From Eledone cirrhosa (Eukaryota), in assembly GCA_964016885.1 (NCBI GenBank), contig OZ024746.1:82460001-82524000 (forward strand): DNA of 64,000 bases, given 5' to 3'. Below, one piece after another: positions 14,073-27,372 of the stretch (position 1 is its first letter; every line of letters starts with the position of its first letter). Made by a program: the position numbers and the translations under genes. The notes beneath the pieces are model-generated. The model did not search any database, was not told where the DNA came from, and saw only the letters and a program-made list of their open reading frames with translations.

Positions 14073-14874
14073 CTAGCAGTGGTACCCGGCGTTGCACAGG
14101 ATAAAGTATTTTGGAACGCGGGCCGCCATCAGGCCTAATCGTGGAAAAACTGCATGCCAGGACAATATGTAAAGAAAATAAACCGAATACCCTGATGGCT
14201 GGATAATATTTAAGATTTTCCTCGATGAAGCAGGAAAATTTCGGGAAAATCGGCTAGACGTAACGCCTCCAAAAAGCCCTAAAAAGCTGAAAAAATGAAG
14301 TTTTTCACCTAATGTGGGCCCTAGGCATAAAAAAAAAGTTGGATTTTCTTTGAAGAGACTAATACATAGTTACAATTTCAAGGAAATCGGTCTGACGTAA
14401 TGCCTCAAAAAACCCCTAAAAAGCTTAAAAAACGCAGTTTTTCACCTAATGCCAGATCAAAAAGTTGAATTTTTTTATGTGCATAACACTCCCTGAAACA
14501 TAAGTAATACATGTGTAAAGTTTGAAAAAAATCGGTTGGGTACTTCTCGAGTTTTAGGGATTCAAACTCACAGACATCCTCAGGGAAGTGACGTAATGCA
14601 GACAGCCAGACATACAGACAGATATTATAAGGGCGCGACGTTATATGTATGTATCTATCTAAAAAGAGAAAGACTAGGAATTATAGAGAGAGATCGCTAA
14701 ATTGCCTAATGCGGTCCCTAGGGCATTAAAATTTTGAAATTTTTTTGCTCAGAACACTCCCTGAAACAAGTATTACATGTGTAAAGTTTGAAAACAGTAG
14801 GTTGGATGTTTCTCGAGTTTTAGGGATTCAAACTCACACACACAGACAGGCATCCTCAGTTTTATATATATAGA
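14073..14874 (-). mobile_element. Non-autonomous Helitron
   Basis: The minus strand starts TC(tatatatataaaactgagg) and ends CTAG after a GC-rich subterminal hairpin-like cctgtgcaacgccggg. It sits between A and T with no TSD and carries internal direct duplications. Confidence 0.8.
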
Positions 14875-15834
14875 TAATAGCTTTGGCTTTTTTATATAGA
14901 AACTACGTAATATGACACCTGCAGCTTGATAACATCTGCCTTTCTCATTGGGTGGCTATTGCGGTCCAGTTGTGTCAGTTTGGGAGAATGGGTGGTCCAT
15001 GTTTGATTTGCCAAATTTGGAGGGTGAATACAGTTTAGTTTGGTAGGAGTCATGGGTACAGGTTGGCATTCGGTTTAGGGTGTTTGCAGATTATTAGTAG
15101 ACTGATTGGAGCAATAACGGTCTTATTTACATGTATGTCTGTATATATATATATATTGGCAGTAGCACTAAGAAAAGGTTTAAGTACAATAGGGTTGTAT
15201 ATGGAAACATATAGTATATGGATTAGGCTCGCTATCAAAAAACATTTTTTTCTATTTTCTTCCATGAACATAACACAGAGTTGTCAGTATAGTCGAGAAT
15301 GTCAGACAGCGCTGTTTCAAGATTTGTTTATCTTCCATGAGTGACACTCACTCAGCTAGTACCAGGGTAGCGGGGACTCCTTTGTCACCTTGGTGACAAC
15401 CTTTCATGTGGCCATTGACTTCAACCTTGTGATAAAGGCAAATGAGCTGCAGCTCAGAAGCCAACTTCCAAGAAAGGGTCAAACAAGGATTCGGGACCCA
15501 CCAACATCACTATTTTTACAATGAGAATTATGAACTTAACACATCATATAGATTGGTGCTATTGCCCATGGCCGCCGACCCTCAGTAATGAGAATGGAAA
15601 GAAACCAAGAACATGCAGTGGAATCAAACACAAAATCATGTAGTTGTGAAGTAAATTTACCGACACAGCCAAACTACCCATGATGACATTTGCCTACAAT
15701 TTACCATATAGAACGTTTTCATGATTTTTTTTTTTTCAAATTTTTCTATATAACTATGATTATTTGTTGTTGTTTGCTTTTGTTTTGATATTTCTTTCCT
15801 TCAAATATGTTATTTTATTTTTTTATTTTGATAG

Positions 15835-15900
15835 GTCTTGTGATTTATCTGACATTACAGTTCTGAATAAACTGCCAAATCTGGAAATATGCAGCATTAG
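15835..15900 (+). CDS. CFAP410: CFAP410 exon 2
   Basis: T-rich tract plus tag acceptor; SCDLSDITVLNKLPNLEICSI resembles [21 protein letters not shown]; donor gtaagt; phases 2-2 are consistent. Confidence 0.9.
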
Positions 15901-16672
15901 GTAAGTTGGAAATTAAATTAAAATCTAAAAAGAAATAGTATTAAGTATCAAAAAAGTACAAGAGACAGTTTAACCTCATTGTTTTGTTTTTTGTTTGTAT
16001 GACTGTTCTGGTTGTTTAGCTTGTTATTTGTAAATTGTCTGTCTGGACATTTTACTGTGGTTTCTTTCTTTTAAATAAGTAAAATTAATTTTAATTTAAT
16101 TAAAATTCTGTCTGAAAGAACTAAATTCTCTGGTAATAACAAGCTGGAATAGGTTGAGTCATTCAAAACTATCCAGTTTGTCTATTACCTTCAACTAAAT
16201 ATTTTCTGTTGGTTGGTAATCTTACAAAGATGATGAAACCACTTTTCTTAATTATCGCTCTAATCTGATTCTTTATGGTTTGTCTTCATTACCCACTGAT
16301 TTCCTCTGTGATTCAACAGCTTATTTTTGGTTTGTCATTTTTTGTGGTTGTGTTTATTGTTGGTCAACTAAAAAATATGAGCCTGTGTCACCACTTTAAC
16401 TACTTGCCATTTATAGGAGTGTCTCTAAAATAAACAATGTAACAATAGTTTATCAGCTTTGACTGTGAATTAACAGAATCATTATTTTCAGACAAAATGA
16501 CTGGTATTTAGTTACATTAGATTATATTTAAGTCATTACATTCTTGGTTCAACAACCCTTTCAGATTTCCAGTGTCAGTAAAATAACTACCTATCAAGTT
16601 GATTTAGATTTGTCTCATATATTGTAGATGTGATCGGAATTATAATACAAGATAAAACTAAAGACAGTTAAA

Positions 16673-19600
16673 TCATCATCATCATTGTTTTACGTCCATA
16701 TTGTCTATATGCTTCAGCTTCGGCTAGTACCCATGGGAAGTCGGGTCTTCTGTATTACTGCGTGACGCCAGAGGTCACGGTCGTGTGTCATCGCCTTTGA
16801 GAGGTACAATTGTGTAAGGTCGGCTTTTATCACTTCATCCCAGGTCTTCCTGGGTCTCCCCACTCCACAGCTTCCATCGACTTCTAGTACTCTGCACCTT
16901 TTTATGCAGCTGTCATCCTTCATACACATCACATGTCCATACCAATGCAACCTCCTCTCCTGCACATAGCATTTGATTCCTCTGATGCTCAGTCTCTCTT
17001 TCAGTTCGTTTATGCTTTGCCATTCGCATATATTGTTATTATACATCCATCGGAGCATGCAAGCTGCGTAAGTCTTCTACACACAACGCCCAGGTCTCAC
17101 TACTGTGTAGCATTGCTGTTCATATGCACGCATCAAACAGTCTGCCTTTCATTTTGAGGGAAAAGCCTTTTGCAGCTAGCAGTGGCAGTAGCTCCCTGAA
17201 CTTCTTCCACCCCATTCTTACCTTGGTTACTGTACTTTCCGAACACCACCTCCACTGTTAATTCGGTCACCTAGGTAGCAAAAGCTGTCTACTGTTTCTA
17301 CAGAGCTCTCCCAGAGTTTGGTGATGCTTGTTTCCTGTGGCCGTTTGCTGATTGCTGTCCCGGCGCAGCTGCTACATGTAAAGCCTACATCCTTAGCTAA
17401 GCTTCCTGAGGTCCCACTACATCTCTTGTGTACCCATTGTTTGCATTTGGGGCAAAGGATGGAGTTCCTACCTACACCTTTCCTACATACTGAGCAAGGC
17501 CATTTCCCTGGGGGGGATCTGGGTTCTATTTTCTCATCTTCTTATGAGGACCTTAGTCTTTGTCAGGTTGACTTTGAGACCCTTTCTTTCTAGTCCCTGC
17601 TTCCATGTTTGGAATTTCTTCTCTAGTTCCACCATAGATTCAGCTATAAGTGTGAGATCATCTGCATATAGGAGTTCCCATAGGCATCTAGTCTTAAACT
17701 CCTCTGTTATTGCCTGCAATACTATAATGAACAGGAGAGGGCTGAGAACAGAGCCCTGGTGGACACCGACCTGTATGCTAAATTCCTCGCTATAGCCATT
17801 GCTAACCCTAACTTGCTGACTGCTCCCTATACATGGCTTGTACAGCTTTCACAAGCCATTCATCTACTCCTAGTTTTCTAAGAGCCCACCAGATTATAAC
17901 ACGAGACACTCTGTCGAAGGCTTTTTCCAGATCGACAAATGCCAGGTAGAGCAGCTTACTTTTAACTAGGTACTTTTCCTGTAACTGCCTCACAAGGAAG
18001 AGGGCATCAATGGTGCCTTTTCCTGACTCAAACCCAAATTACATCTCGTCTAGTTTTACCCGGTCCCTAATCAACTGTGCTATAACTCTTCCCGTTACTT
18101 TCATGACCTGGTCCATCAGCTTTATACCTCTATAATTTCCTCTATCTAGTGCATCACCTTTACCCTTGTAGCAGTTGACAAGGATGCTGTTGCACCAATC
18201 CTTTGGTATAACACTCTCTAGTATTATCTGGTTAACAATACGTGTGGTTATGGTGTAACCTACCGACACAGATGCTTTCAGCATCTCGGCAGCTATACCC
18301 GATGGACCGGTTGCCTTCCCATTCTTCATATCTTTAATTGCCTTACTTTCTACGTTGCTGGCCCCTCTATAGGGTCCACTTGGGGTAGAGTCTCTTCTCC
18401 CATGCATTCTCCTCATAATGGCTCTTCCACGCATCTTTCTTCTCGGCACTTGTGAGGGCAAGCTCACCTTTATCATTCTGGACACACTTCTCCCCAATGA
18501 CATCACAATTCTCTCTAACATACTGCCTCGCAATCCTGAACACCTCCTGTATCTGGTCCTCACGCTGCAAAACATGCTTGAATTTTCTCACCTCCGTTTC
18601 CCTCCTGGTCTCTATGTAATGTACCCTGCTTCCCCCCTTCTTCCATTCTTTCCATGCCTGTCTCTTGCCTCATCTACCTTATTGTTCCACCACCAAGTCA
18701 CTCTCCTCCTCCCTGTGGTCTTGCTCCAATCACAGATCTCATCCGTCGCCTTTAGTAAGTTATTTTTTAGGAACTCCCAGTGCTCTTCTACATTGAATGT
18801 CTCTATCTGTTCTTCTTTACTGTCATAGGCATCGAGTAAGATACCTTTAAATCTGTTACTGGCTGAGGGGTCTTTCAGCTTCCAGATCTTTCTTCTCCAG
18901 GTTACCTTCTGTTTCCAAGTTTGTCTAGTTCTGACAATGAGGTCGCTGACAACTAAGTTATGTTGGGAGGTACATTCTTCACCAGGGAAGGCTTTTATGT
19001 TTACAACTGTCCATCTATCTCGTCCTCTGATGAGGATAAAATCTATATGACTAGAACGCTCCCCAGATCTATAGGTGATCAGATGGTTATCGGGTTTTTT
19101 GAAGTGTGTGTTACATATCGACATGTCATTGGCATCGCAGAATTCTAGAAGCCTGAAGCCTTCTTCATTTCTTGTGCCAACGCTGTAGCCTCCATGGACT
19201 CTATAGAAGCCGCCACAGTGTTTCCCAACGTGTCCAGTAAAGTCTCCTGCAATGATTAGGAAGTCATTTTCATTTGTTAGAGCAGTGATGTGCATTACAT
19301 TAAAGACTCGTAAAACCTATCCTCAAGTTCGTCTGGCAACCCCGATTGGGGTGCATAAGCTGATATGATTGTAGCAATTGTTCTATTCAGGACTAGTCTG
19401 AGTTTAATGATTCTTGCGTTCACCTTGTTCACCGAGACTACCCATTTGTCAGCTAATAGTCTACCTACACCACCCATCCCGTTGTCATTTCCCACCCAGA
19501 ACAATTTATAGCACTGATTTTTGCCTACAAGGACTCTAGCAAACTCTCCTCTCCATCTAGTCTCTTGCACACGGCATACATCAATTTCCTTTCGCTCTAG

Positions 19601-19760
19601 CATCTCTACAATTTCTCCTGCTCTTCCTTTCATTGTGCTTACATTGATGGTTTCAACTCAGAGTTTTGGGCGTTTGCCATCATTCATGGGAGAGGGTGAA
19701 TTTTTGTGGGGGGTGAGTATGCTACCTGTCTCTGAATTAAAGCTTTGCATGGGTGCTTTT
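16673..19760 (-). mobile_element. Near-full-length decayed RTE LINE (APE endonuclease, RT and PHD-type finger), copy A, in CFAP410 intron 2
   Basis: ORF pieces show VQETRW, SAYAPQ, GDFTGHVG and SHIDFIL (APE) and FVDLEKAFD, LYADDL (RT); several frameshifts and stops; (GAT)n tail. Confidence 0.93.
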
Positions 19761-20193
19761 TGTTATATATACAGAGAGAGATAGATATATAGCAAATATA
19801 TATATACAATGTGGTTGCTGTTAGGAAGAGCATCCAGCTGTAGAAACCAAGCCAAAATATAGATCCATATGAGCAAGATGTGGTCTCCTGACCTGACTTG
19901 TCTCATAACATGACAATCTGTCTAACCCATGCAAGCATGGAAAACTAGACATTAAATGGTGATATGATGGTTTAATTAAGCAAGGCCAACTTTTATCACT
20001 TCATCCCAAACCTGGTTTCCATCGACTTTGAGTGCCCTGTACCTTTTTATACAGCTGTCATCTTCCATATATGTCGCTTTATTGATCTTGAACGAATCAA
20101 AGTTGAATTCAAAGTGCAGAGTGCCGGAATGAATACCATAATGCATTCTATCCAACATTTTAATGATTCTGCCAATTCACTGCCTGTCTTTAA

Positions 20194-20437
20194 CCCTTTA
20201 GCATTTACATTACTCTATATATACTATTCTATTTTTGTGGCAAAAGCTTTATCTTACATAATTATCTCACATAATATCGAAACTACAAGATTTTTTGATT
20301 TTTATCTTGAGAACAATACCTTAACATCAGTAAGATTGGCCAGTTTGAACAGGAAGAGGTGAGAAAATTCTGGCCAGTTTGAACAGGAAGAGGTGAGAAA
20401 ATTCTGGCCAGATACAGGCAGTTTAAATGCTAAAGGG
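20194..20437. mobile_element. piggyBac-type MITE (other copies at about 7437, 11200-11400, 13780-13982, 22620-22903, 36024-36231, 39402)
   Basis: 14-bp TIRs ccctttagcattta / taaatgctaaaggg flanked by TTAA; this copy has an internal tandem duplication of about 34 bp. Confidence 0.85.
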
Positions 20438-21643
20438 TTAAGTGACATTAGCAGAATCTGCTTTGATGCAGGAACTCAGGCTAGACACCTGATCTAAGAA
20501 TAACCTCCCACTACCAGTCTCAGAGGCTTTGCTAAAGGTCATTGGTACTACTCTTCTTCTTCTGACTAAGTCACAAAATCAAAACAAATAAAACACAGGT
20601 TGTCCTCAATCCAGAAAATGCTTGCAACAGAATGAGCCCAGCTAAAGGCACCTATGGGTTAGTTGGTTGTGTTAAATCAGACAATGAGTTATCATCATCA
20701 TCATTTCATCATTTCATTTTACGTCCGCTTTTCCCTGCTTGCAAGGGTGGGACGGGAACTGATTTTGGCTTATGTTTATGTTATGTTTATATTATCTATA
20801 TTTACATTGCACCCTCTGTCAAAATCTAATGTAAGAACCTTTTGTTAAGAGATGTTGAAAATACCAGCTTATTAATGTATAAGTTGATAATTTTACTACC
20901 TCTTTCAAAATTCTTCATTATTTTTTAAATGAATTAAAAACTTACAGGCAATATATTTTATTAAAAAAAACATAACAATAAAAGGTTAAATGTATTAATT
21001 TATCTTAATGTCAAACTTTTCAGTTGAGATTGGAAAGGTTTCAGACATTATGACTTTGTTTACACTTTTGGACAATAGACATATTATTGTGCCTGTAAGA
21101 ATAATATATATAACCCATGCTAGCGTGAAAGATGGACGTTAAACGATGATGATGATGATGATGATAAATATATATATAGATATGACTGTACATATTTATG
21201 TGAAGTTTTCCTATACAACTAGAGGATAACATGGTTATCATTAAGTATTAACCCAATTTAGAGGTTAATCCAAAACATGTTCTCCTCAGACAAAATGCAG
21301 AAGAGATGCAGGATTCTTTTAATCTTGGTGACAACCAAGCATATGATTAGAGAAAAATTAATTTCTTAACTATTTTTTTAAAGGTTTGTTTTAAACAGTT
21401 GAAACTAGTAAAAATATTTCATATAACTTAACTCTATTTGATGTGCCAAATATACAAATATTTGGTTTGTGATTATAGAAAAAGTGAATTTGTAAATGAA
21501 CTTCTGTGTATTTCCACATTAATTTTTTCCTGACATCATATCATATATATTGAAAACCTGATCAAAATATATTAACCATCATACTGACTGTATTTCATGG
21601 TCACACAAAATACAATTTCATCATTTCAATTTGCCTTTTGCAG

Positions 21644-21867
21644 CAGTAATTTTGTTGAATCATTGAAAGACTTTCAAAACTGTAAGAAGTTACGAGAGCT
21701 CTATGTCCGAAATAACAATATTTCAAATCTTGGTGAACTTTGCTATTTGAAAGAGTTAAGAAACTTGAAAGTATTGTGGATACAGAAGAACCCAATATCT
21801 GATCTAGAAAACTACCGACATACTGTAATTCGTAATCTGCCAAGCTTAGAAAAACTTGATAATGTTT
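21644..21867 (+). CDS. CFAP410: CFAP410 exon 3 (LRRs and LRRcap)
   Basis: SNFVESLKDFQNCKKLRELYVRNNNISNLGELCYLKELRNLKVLWIQKNPISDLENYRHTVIRNLPSLEKLDNV resembles human [35 protein letters not shown]...YRMTVLRTLPRLQKLDNQ; cagcag acceptor and phase-1 gtaagt donor. Confidence 0.93.
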
Positions 21868-22197
21868 GTAAGTAAATATTGTGTTTCTTAACCTTTATCT
21901 ATATATAATATAAAAGAGATGTTTGTTGGTTGGTGTCTTCGTGCATCACACAAAAATGAAAATTGACAATGCAGTGTCCTGATAGCTAATACACATCTTT
22001 TGATATTGAGTAGATTAAAACAACTTCAATAATGAGCTTTGCCAATTCTTACTTGTTATTATTGAATAAGCAATAAAAAAAATATATATATTAAGATATC
22101 AGTAAAACAAATTTTCCTTTTTAAAAACATAATTTTTATTTTTATTCAATATAGTACAAACATTTTTTTTTTAACTCTCTCTCTTGCTCTCTTTTAG

Positions 22198-22342
22198 CTG
22201 TGACTCAGTTAGAGAAGGAAACGGCTAAGACAAAAGGTTTTGAGATTTGCATTCCAAAAGAACCTACTCCACCACCTAAACAAGATATCCCAGCATTTTC
22301 AAACTGGAAACAAGCCATTGAACTATCTATTGAAGAAATCAA
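22198..22342 (+). CDS. CFAP410: CFAP410 exon 4
   Basis: Pyrimidine tract plus tag acceptor; VTQLEKETAKTKGFEI resembles VTEEELSRALSEGEEI; open frame to the phase-2 donor gtaata. Confidence 0.85.
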
Positions 22343-23219
22343 GTAATATTTGCAATTATGAATTATTTCTATTTTCCAGTTACATTAAAAACTTCATTAT
22401 TACCACCATATTCCTAGCCATTATTATCATCATCATCGTCGTCATTGCTTAATTTCAGATAAAATATAAATTGGGTGATTTTTCTTTTTAATGCAAGAGA
22501 ATTGATTGTCCTAGATTTAAAAGCTTTCTCTATCATCATCATCATCATTTAACATAGATCCCCCCCTCCCCCCCTGCTAGCAAGAATTGGATGAGTTGTC
22601 ACAGACCAAGACAATACTTAACCATTTAGCATTTACATTACTATATATTTATTATATTTTCACGGTAAAATAAAGTACCAGTAATGCACTGGGATAGTTG
22701 CTGGCCTTGTGCCAAAAGTAGAACCAATTGTATTTTCACGGTAAAGGCTTTACCTCACATAATATCGAATCAATGAGATATTGATATTTTTTATTTTAAG
22801 AATAATACTTTAACATTAGTATGAATGGCTAGTTACAGCCAGTTTGGACAGAGAGGTGGGAGATTTCTGGCTGGATATGGCCAGTTTAAATACTAAAGAG
22901 TTAATCAAGGCTGTTAACCTCTCAGATCAGCTAAAGGAGGTGGGCATTTTGATTATATATGTTCCTGCATTCTACAGAGTGCACTGTATGCATTTTATTA
23001 TGACCCCCAACACTAGGTGTGTCTTTGACACAACTGAAGAGTCTTCTCAACCCTTGGTGGATCCTGATTAGAGTGGCTATGTGAGGGGGCAACAGTGATG
23101 GTGAGAATAGTTACTAAGGAGCAATGATTGTGGTGGTGGTGGTAAGAGCATAAATGAGCCAGGTCAAATTTTTTATTCTGGTAGGCGGGTCTTCTGTACC
23201 ACATGTCTCCAGTCCTTGT

Positions 23220-23760
23220 GATCCTTTATCATCGTCATTGTGAGATTCAGCTTTCTATTATTGGTCTTCACTACTTCATCCTATGTCTTCCTAGGTCTAC
23301 CTCTTCCACGAGTCCGATACACTGAGATTTCTTTGCACTTTATACAGCTGACATCTTCCATACGTATCACATGACCATACCATTGCAGCCTTCTTTGTTA
23401 CACACTACATTGGATTCCTCATATATTGAGTTTTTCTCTCAGCTCACTTATGCTATATCATTCATGCACACTGACATCGCCCATCTGTCAGAGCATACTT
23501 ATTTCATTTCTTTCTAGCCTTTGCAAGTCAAAGCCCATTTCTCACTAATGTGTAACTTGGCAGTTCACATGCAAGCATCATACTATTACCCTTCATTCTG
23601 AAAGAGAAGTCCTTTGTTGTCAACAAAGGTACCACATCCCCCAAACTTCTATTACACTTTCAGAGTATCCTCTTCCACTGCTGGTGAGGTCACATCGGTA
23701 ACAAAAACTGTCAGTAACTTCTAGGGAGCTTCCCAGGCAATAGAGGGAATCTATTTCACA
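23220..23760 (-). mobile_element. Old decayed RTE LINE fragment
   Basis: Recognisable WYGHVIRMED and RGRPRKT motifs with stops; similar to copies A and B. Confidence 0.7.
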
Positions 23761-24224
23761 TGTGCTCTTCGTGCATACAAAGTGTTATGTGTTATTTATA
23801 TGCTAAACATTGATTAGATTCTGAAAATCTGACTCGTACTAGAATATTAAAATAAGCTTCTACAAATCAGGAAATGAGCTTCAGCTAATGAGGAAGCCTC
23901 TACATGATCATAGAAACTGCTAAAAATAGCTGCCAATTTTCCCTCAGATCTTTTTAAAAATACATATTTGAGAAAGTGCTTTTAGTTATATAAAAATATG
24001 GGATGTTTATGACTAGAATGTCTTTGATCATAATTCTAATTTGATCAGGGCTGCTAATTTGGGGCTAAACAATCACAACTAAATGAATTCTGCATGTGAA
24101 GATGGGGAAAAAGAAAATAAACAATATAGAGTAGACTACTTTAACTAGATTTGAACACCTATTCCACGATTTACTTTAAAAGTTAAATGAGAGAATAGGA
24201 GAAAAGAAATCTTTTTCTAACACC

Positions 24225-24565
24225 TGTGGGCATGCTTACTAAGTCAGAAAATAGCACAGCTCCCGTGACTTTCGGAAACATTTTTTCGCACTCAGAGTTG
24301 CTGAAGCATAGAACAAACTACCTGCATCGGTTGTTAGCTGTCGGAACACTGCATCCTTCAAAACTTCCATGCTTCCCAAAATTTGTCAACACTCCACCTT
24401 ATATTCCCCCTCCATACATATGCACACATGTCTGTGTGTATATCATGACTCGTACACTGTTCACTTTCCTGACATTTGTACATTATTTCATGTACTACAC
24501 ATGCACTTTTGATGAGTTGTAGTGCACCTGAGCACTGTACACAATAATTTTCATTATTATTATAT
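24225..24565 (+). mobile_element. CR1-like LINE 3' end (its 3'UTR also occurs twice on the - strand at about 13490-13770)
   Basis: An alternative frame reads FRKHFFALRVAEA*NKLPASVVSCRNTASFK, a CR1/L2 C-terminal motif; (ATT)n tail. Confidence 0.7.
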
Positions 24566-24750
24566 TATAAATACAATTCAGAATACTGTACTCAAACATT
24601 CTCACTGGTTTACATTGAACAATAAATAATTACTTCTATACTGGAAAGTAAAAAAGTGAACTACTTTCATTAAACAGTTGGCAAATAGTTCATATATCAT
24701 GCAATTGAAACAAAATACTACATATTAATGGTTTTTATATCTATTTTCAG

Positions 24751-24826
24751 TAAAGTCCGAATAGAACATAACTTGGAACCACTGCAGATACATAAACTTC
24801 TACCACCTAGTTACTGTAACCATCGG
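24751..24826 (+). CDS. CFAP410: CFAP410 exon 5
   Basis: ttttcag acceptor completes the AA+T codon (N); KVRIEHNLEPLQIHKLLPPSYCNHR; phase-0 donor gttagt. Confidence 0.75.
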
Positions 24827-24986
24827 GTTAGTATTTCTTTTGGTATTATTCTCAATTGTATGAAGGAGTTGTATTGTTTGATGTCCAATTGTTATTTCAA
24901 ATAATTGTTTTTGTTTCATTTCTTTGAAAGACAAATTGGATTTCCAACCTCAAATCAAATGTTTATGAAACAATATTGAACATTAA

Positions 24987-26152
24987 TCCTTTTGTTACCA
25001 TATTTCTTTTGAAAGATACTGTCTGAGATTTTCCAATAATTTGAAAATAATCCAAAATTTGAATGGATTTAGTAATATAACTAATTTTTTTCATTAAGTC
25101 AATGTAGTGTGGTGGATTGGCAGAATTATTAGGGTATCAGACAAAAAAAAGTGTCTCAAACCTGGAGGCTCATCAGGCCATTGCTTATCCCAGATTCTGT
25201 GGCATTAAGTGACTGCGAGTACAAGACTCCCCTCCAGGACAGGACCCAGTTCATCGCAGTCTTAAACCCCAACTATTGCTGGTACTCATTTTCAGCTGAG
25301 TATACTGTGAAACACAACACACAACCCAGTCAGGAATGGAACCTACAACATTATGATCATAAGTTCAACAGCCTTGCCATTAGACCACGTTCTGGCACCA
25401 GTCAAACAAATGCATAGCAGAGTTTAAATCCCGCTGAAGTCAACTTTGCCTTTCATCCTTTCTGGATTGATAAAATAAAGTACCAGTTAAGTACTGGTAT
25501 TAAGTTAATCAACTTTCCCCTTCCCTAAATTACTAGCTTTGTGCCTAATGTAGACATCATTATTAAGTTAATGTTTAGTGGATTGGCAGTATCGGTAGAG
25601 TGTTGGACAACATGCTTTGCAGCATAGTGTTATGCCCCTTTACATTCTGAGTCCAAATCCCACCGAGGTTAGCTTTACCTTTCACTCTTCTTGGGTCGAT
25701 AAAACAAAGTACCAGTAACACACTGGGGCCCATTTAATCTACTTTCACCCTTCCCAAAAATTGTTGGCCTTGTGCCTGAATCAGAAATCACTATGAAGTT
25801 GGTGTTTGAAACATAAATTAACAAAGGTTTTTAGATAAAAAATATGATGTAATTTGTTAGTGAATAATTATAATATTATTAATATTCGGTTTGTTTGCAA
25901 GCAAACAGCCTCATAAGCACCATGTGTGTTTTCTAGATGAACAACTTCATCACTGAATATTAATAATATTATGATATTATTATATTATTATTATTATTAA
26001 TTCATGAATACATTCAGTTATCCACCATGTTCAGAGTGAAAAACAAATTTTATTTTTTTATTATGATGTAAGGTTTTAATTTAAGTAAAAACAGTTGAAA
26101 ATGAAAGGTTTTGTTGTATCATAAAACCAAAGACAGTTTGCTATCAAAAGGG
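24987..26152. mobile_element. Second piggyBac-type MITE carrying nested SINEs, filling most of intron 5
   Basis: TTAA-flanked imperfect TIRs tccttttgttacca / tgctatcaaaaggg; family A SINEs at about 25110-25560 and 25577-25790; a family B SINE (-) at about 25150-25392. Confidence 0.55.
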
Positions 26153-26276
26153 TTAATATAAAAAATGAAAATAAAACATGAGTATGAAAGTTTTCTCATG
26201 CTAGTCAGCTATCTTCTGCTGTTACTATGTAATCTTTATCCCTGTTTTCTTTTTTTTATTTTAAATGTAACTCTAG

Positions 26277-26294
26277 GATGAGGATTTTGACAAG
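26277..26294 (+). CDS. CFAP410: Candidate 18-nt microexon of CFAP410 (DEDFDK)
   Basis: Long U-rich tract, ctctag acceptor, GATGAGGATTTTGACAAG and a strong AAG/gtcagt donor; phase 0-0 fits the flanking exons. Confidence 0.55.
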
Positions 26295-26767
26295 GTCAGT
26301 AATTTCATTTATCTCATTGTAGCTAGCATAGTCTTTTATTTATTGTCGTTGTTGTCCTTTTCTTTCATTTAGCTTCACTTGCTTCAAGCAGCAACATATA
26401 AATTATTTTACAGTATCACTTGTTCAATTCAAGGTAAATTTTATATTCCCACTGCAAATTTTATTCCTATTTTTATAAAAAGTATATTTTTACCTTTTTT
26501 TTTTAATATATAAAACCATATAATTATCAGTTACATATAAATCAATTTAATAAATGTTAATGTAGTTTTACCCTAAAATGGTTGTTAATAATTTTTGACA
26601 TTTCAAATACTTTGTTCTAATATGAAGAAAACAACAAAAAATTGAAAGCTTGGACAAGTTCTAAGGATTCTTTATATTTAGACATTATTGCATACAAGTA
26701 ATTATATTTGTGAGTTGTTGCAGTTATCAACATTTGAATTGTGTACGTGCATGTGTGCATGTTTGTC

Positions 26768-27060
26768 TTCTTCTTCGCCCACTTATTCCTGAGAGGCTCA
26801 TGGAAGCAGAGTCCTCAAACACTCCCTCCAGTGGGTCCTGTTAGAAGCAAATGTCCATCAACGTGACCAGCCAAGCTCATGGATATTATCTAACCATATT
26901 GCTAGAGGTTTACCCCTGGGTCTCTTGCCAGTTGGTTTTGCTCGTAAAATCTGATCAGCAATTCTTTCCTGAGACATTCTAACCACATACCCATAGTATC
27001 AGAGCTGTGCTCTTTCAATTCAGAGAAGTAGTGGCTCTACTTAGAGTGACTCTCTGACTC
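26768..27060 (-). mobile_element. 3' fragment of a second RTE-like family (related copy at about 31110-31320 -)
   Basis: YYGYVVRMSQERIADQILRAKPTGKRPRGKP...W motif and a (GAA)n tail. Confidence 0.65.
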
Positions 27061-27372
27061 GCTTGTATTTGCGATCGTATTCTTTCGGTCATTACCCAAG
27101 ATTTTTAACATTAAACATTCATTACACTTAATTATACTGAAAATGATAAATGAATCATTTTTTTTTTTTGCATATTAATTTAGACATTTATACTTAAAGT
27201 CTTCATAGTTGGCAAATTGGCTGAGTCATTAGAACTTTGGATAGAATGCTTTGCAGTATTCATTTTGGCTCTCTGCGTTCAAATCCTACCGAGGTCAACT
27301 TTGCCTTTCATCCATTCAAGATCAATAAAAAAAAATTTAAAAAAAAGTACCTGTCTAGTACTGGCGTTGATT

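Noticed and set aside
21597-21643. ATG at 21597 as the start of a single-exon LRR gene
   Set aside because: This stretch is the intron's pyrimidine tract; exons 1 and 2 supply the homologous N-terminus in the correct phase.
21898-21990. Mini-Helitron-like start (TCTATATATAATATAAAAGAG...) in intron 3
   Set aside because: No clear CTRR end or subterminal hairpin; too degenerate to call.
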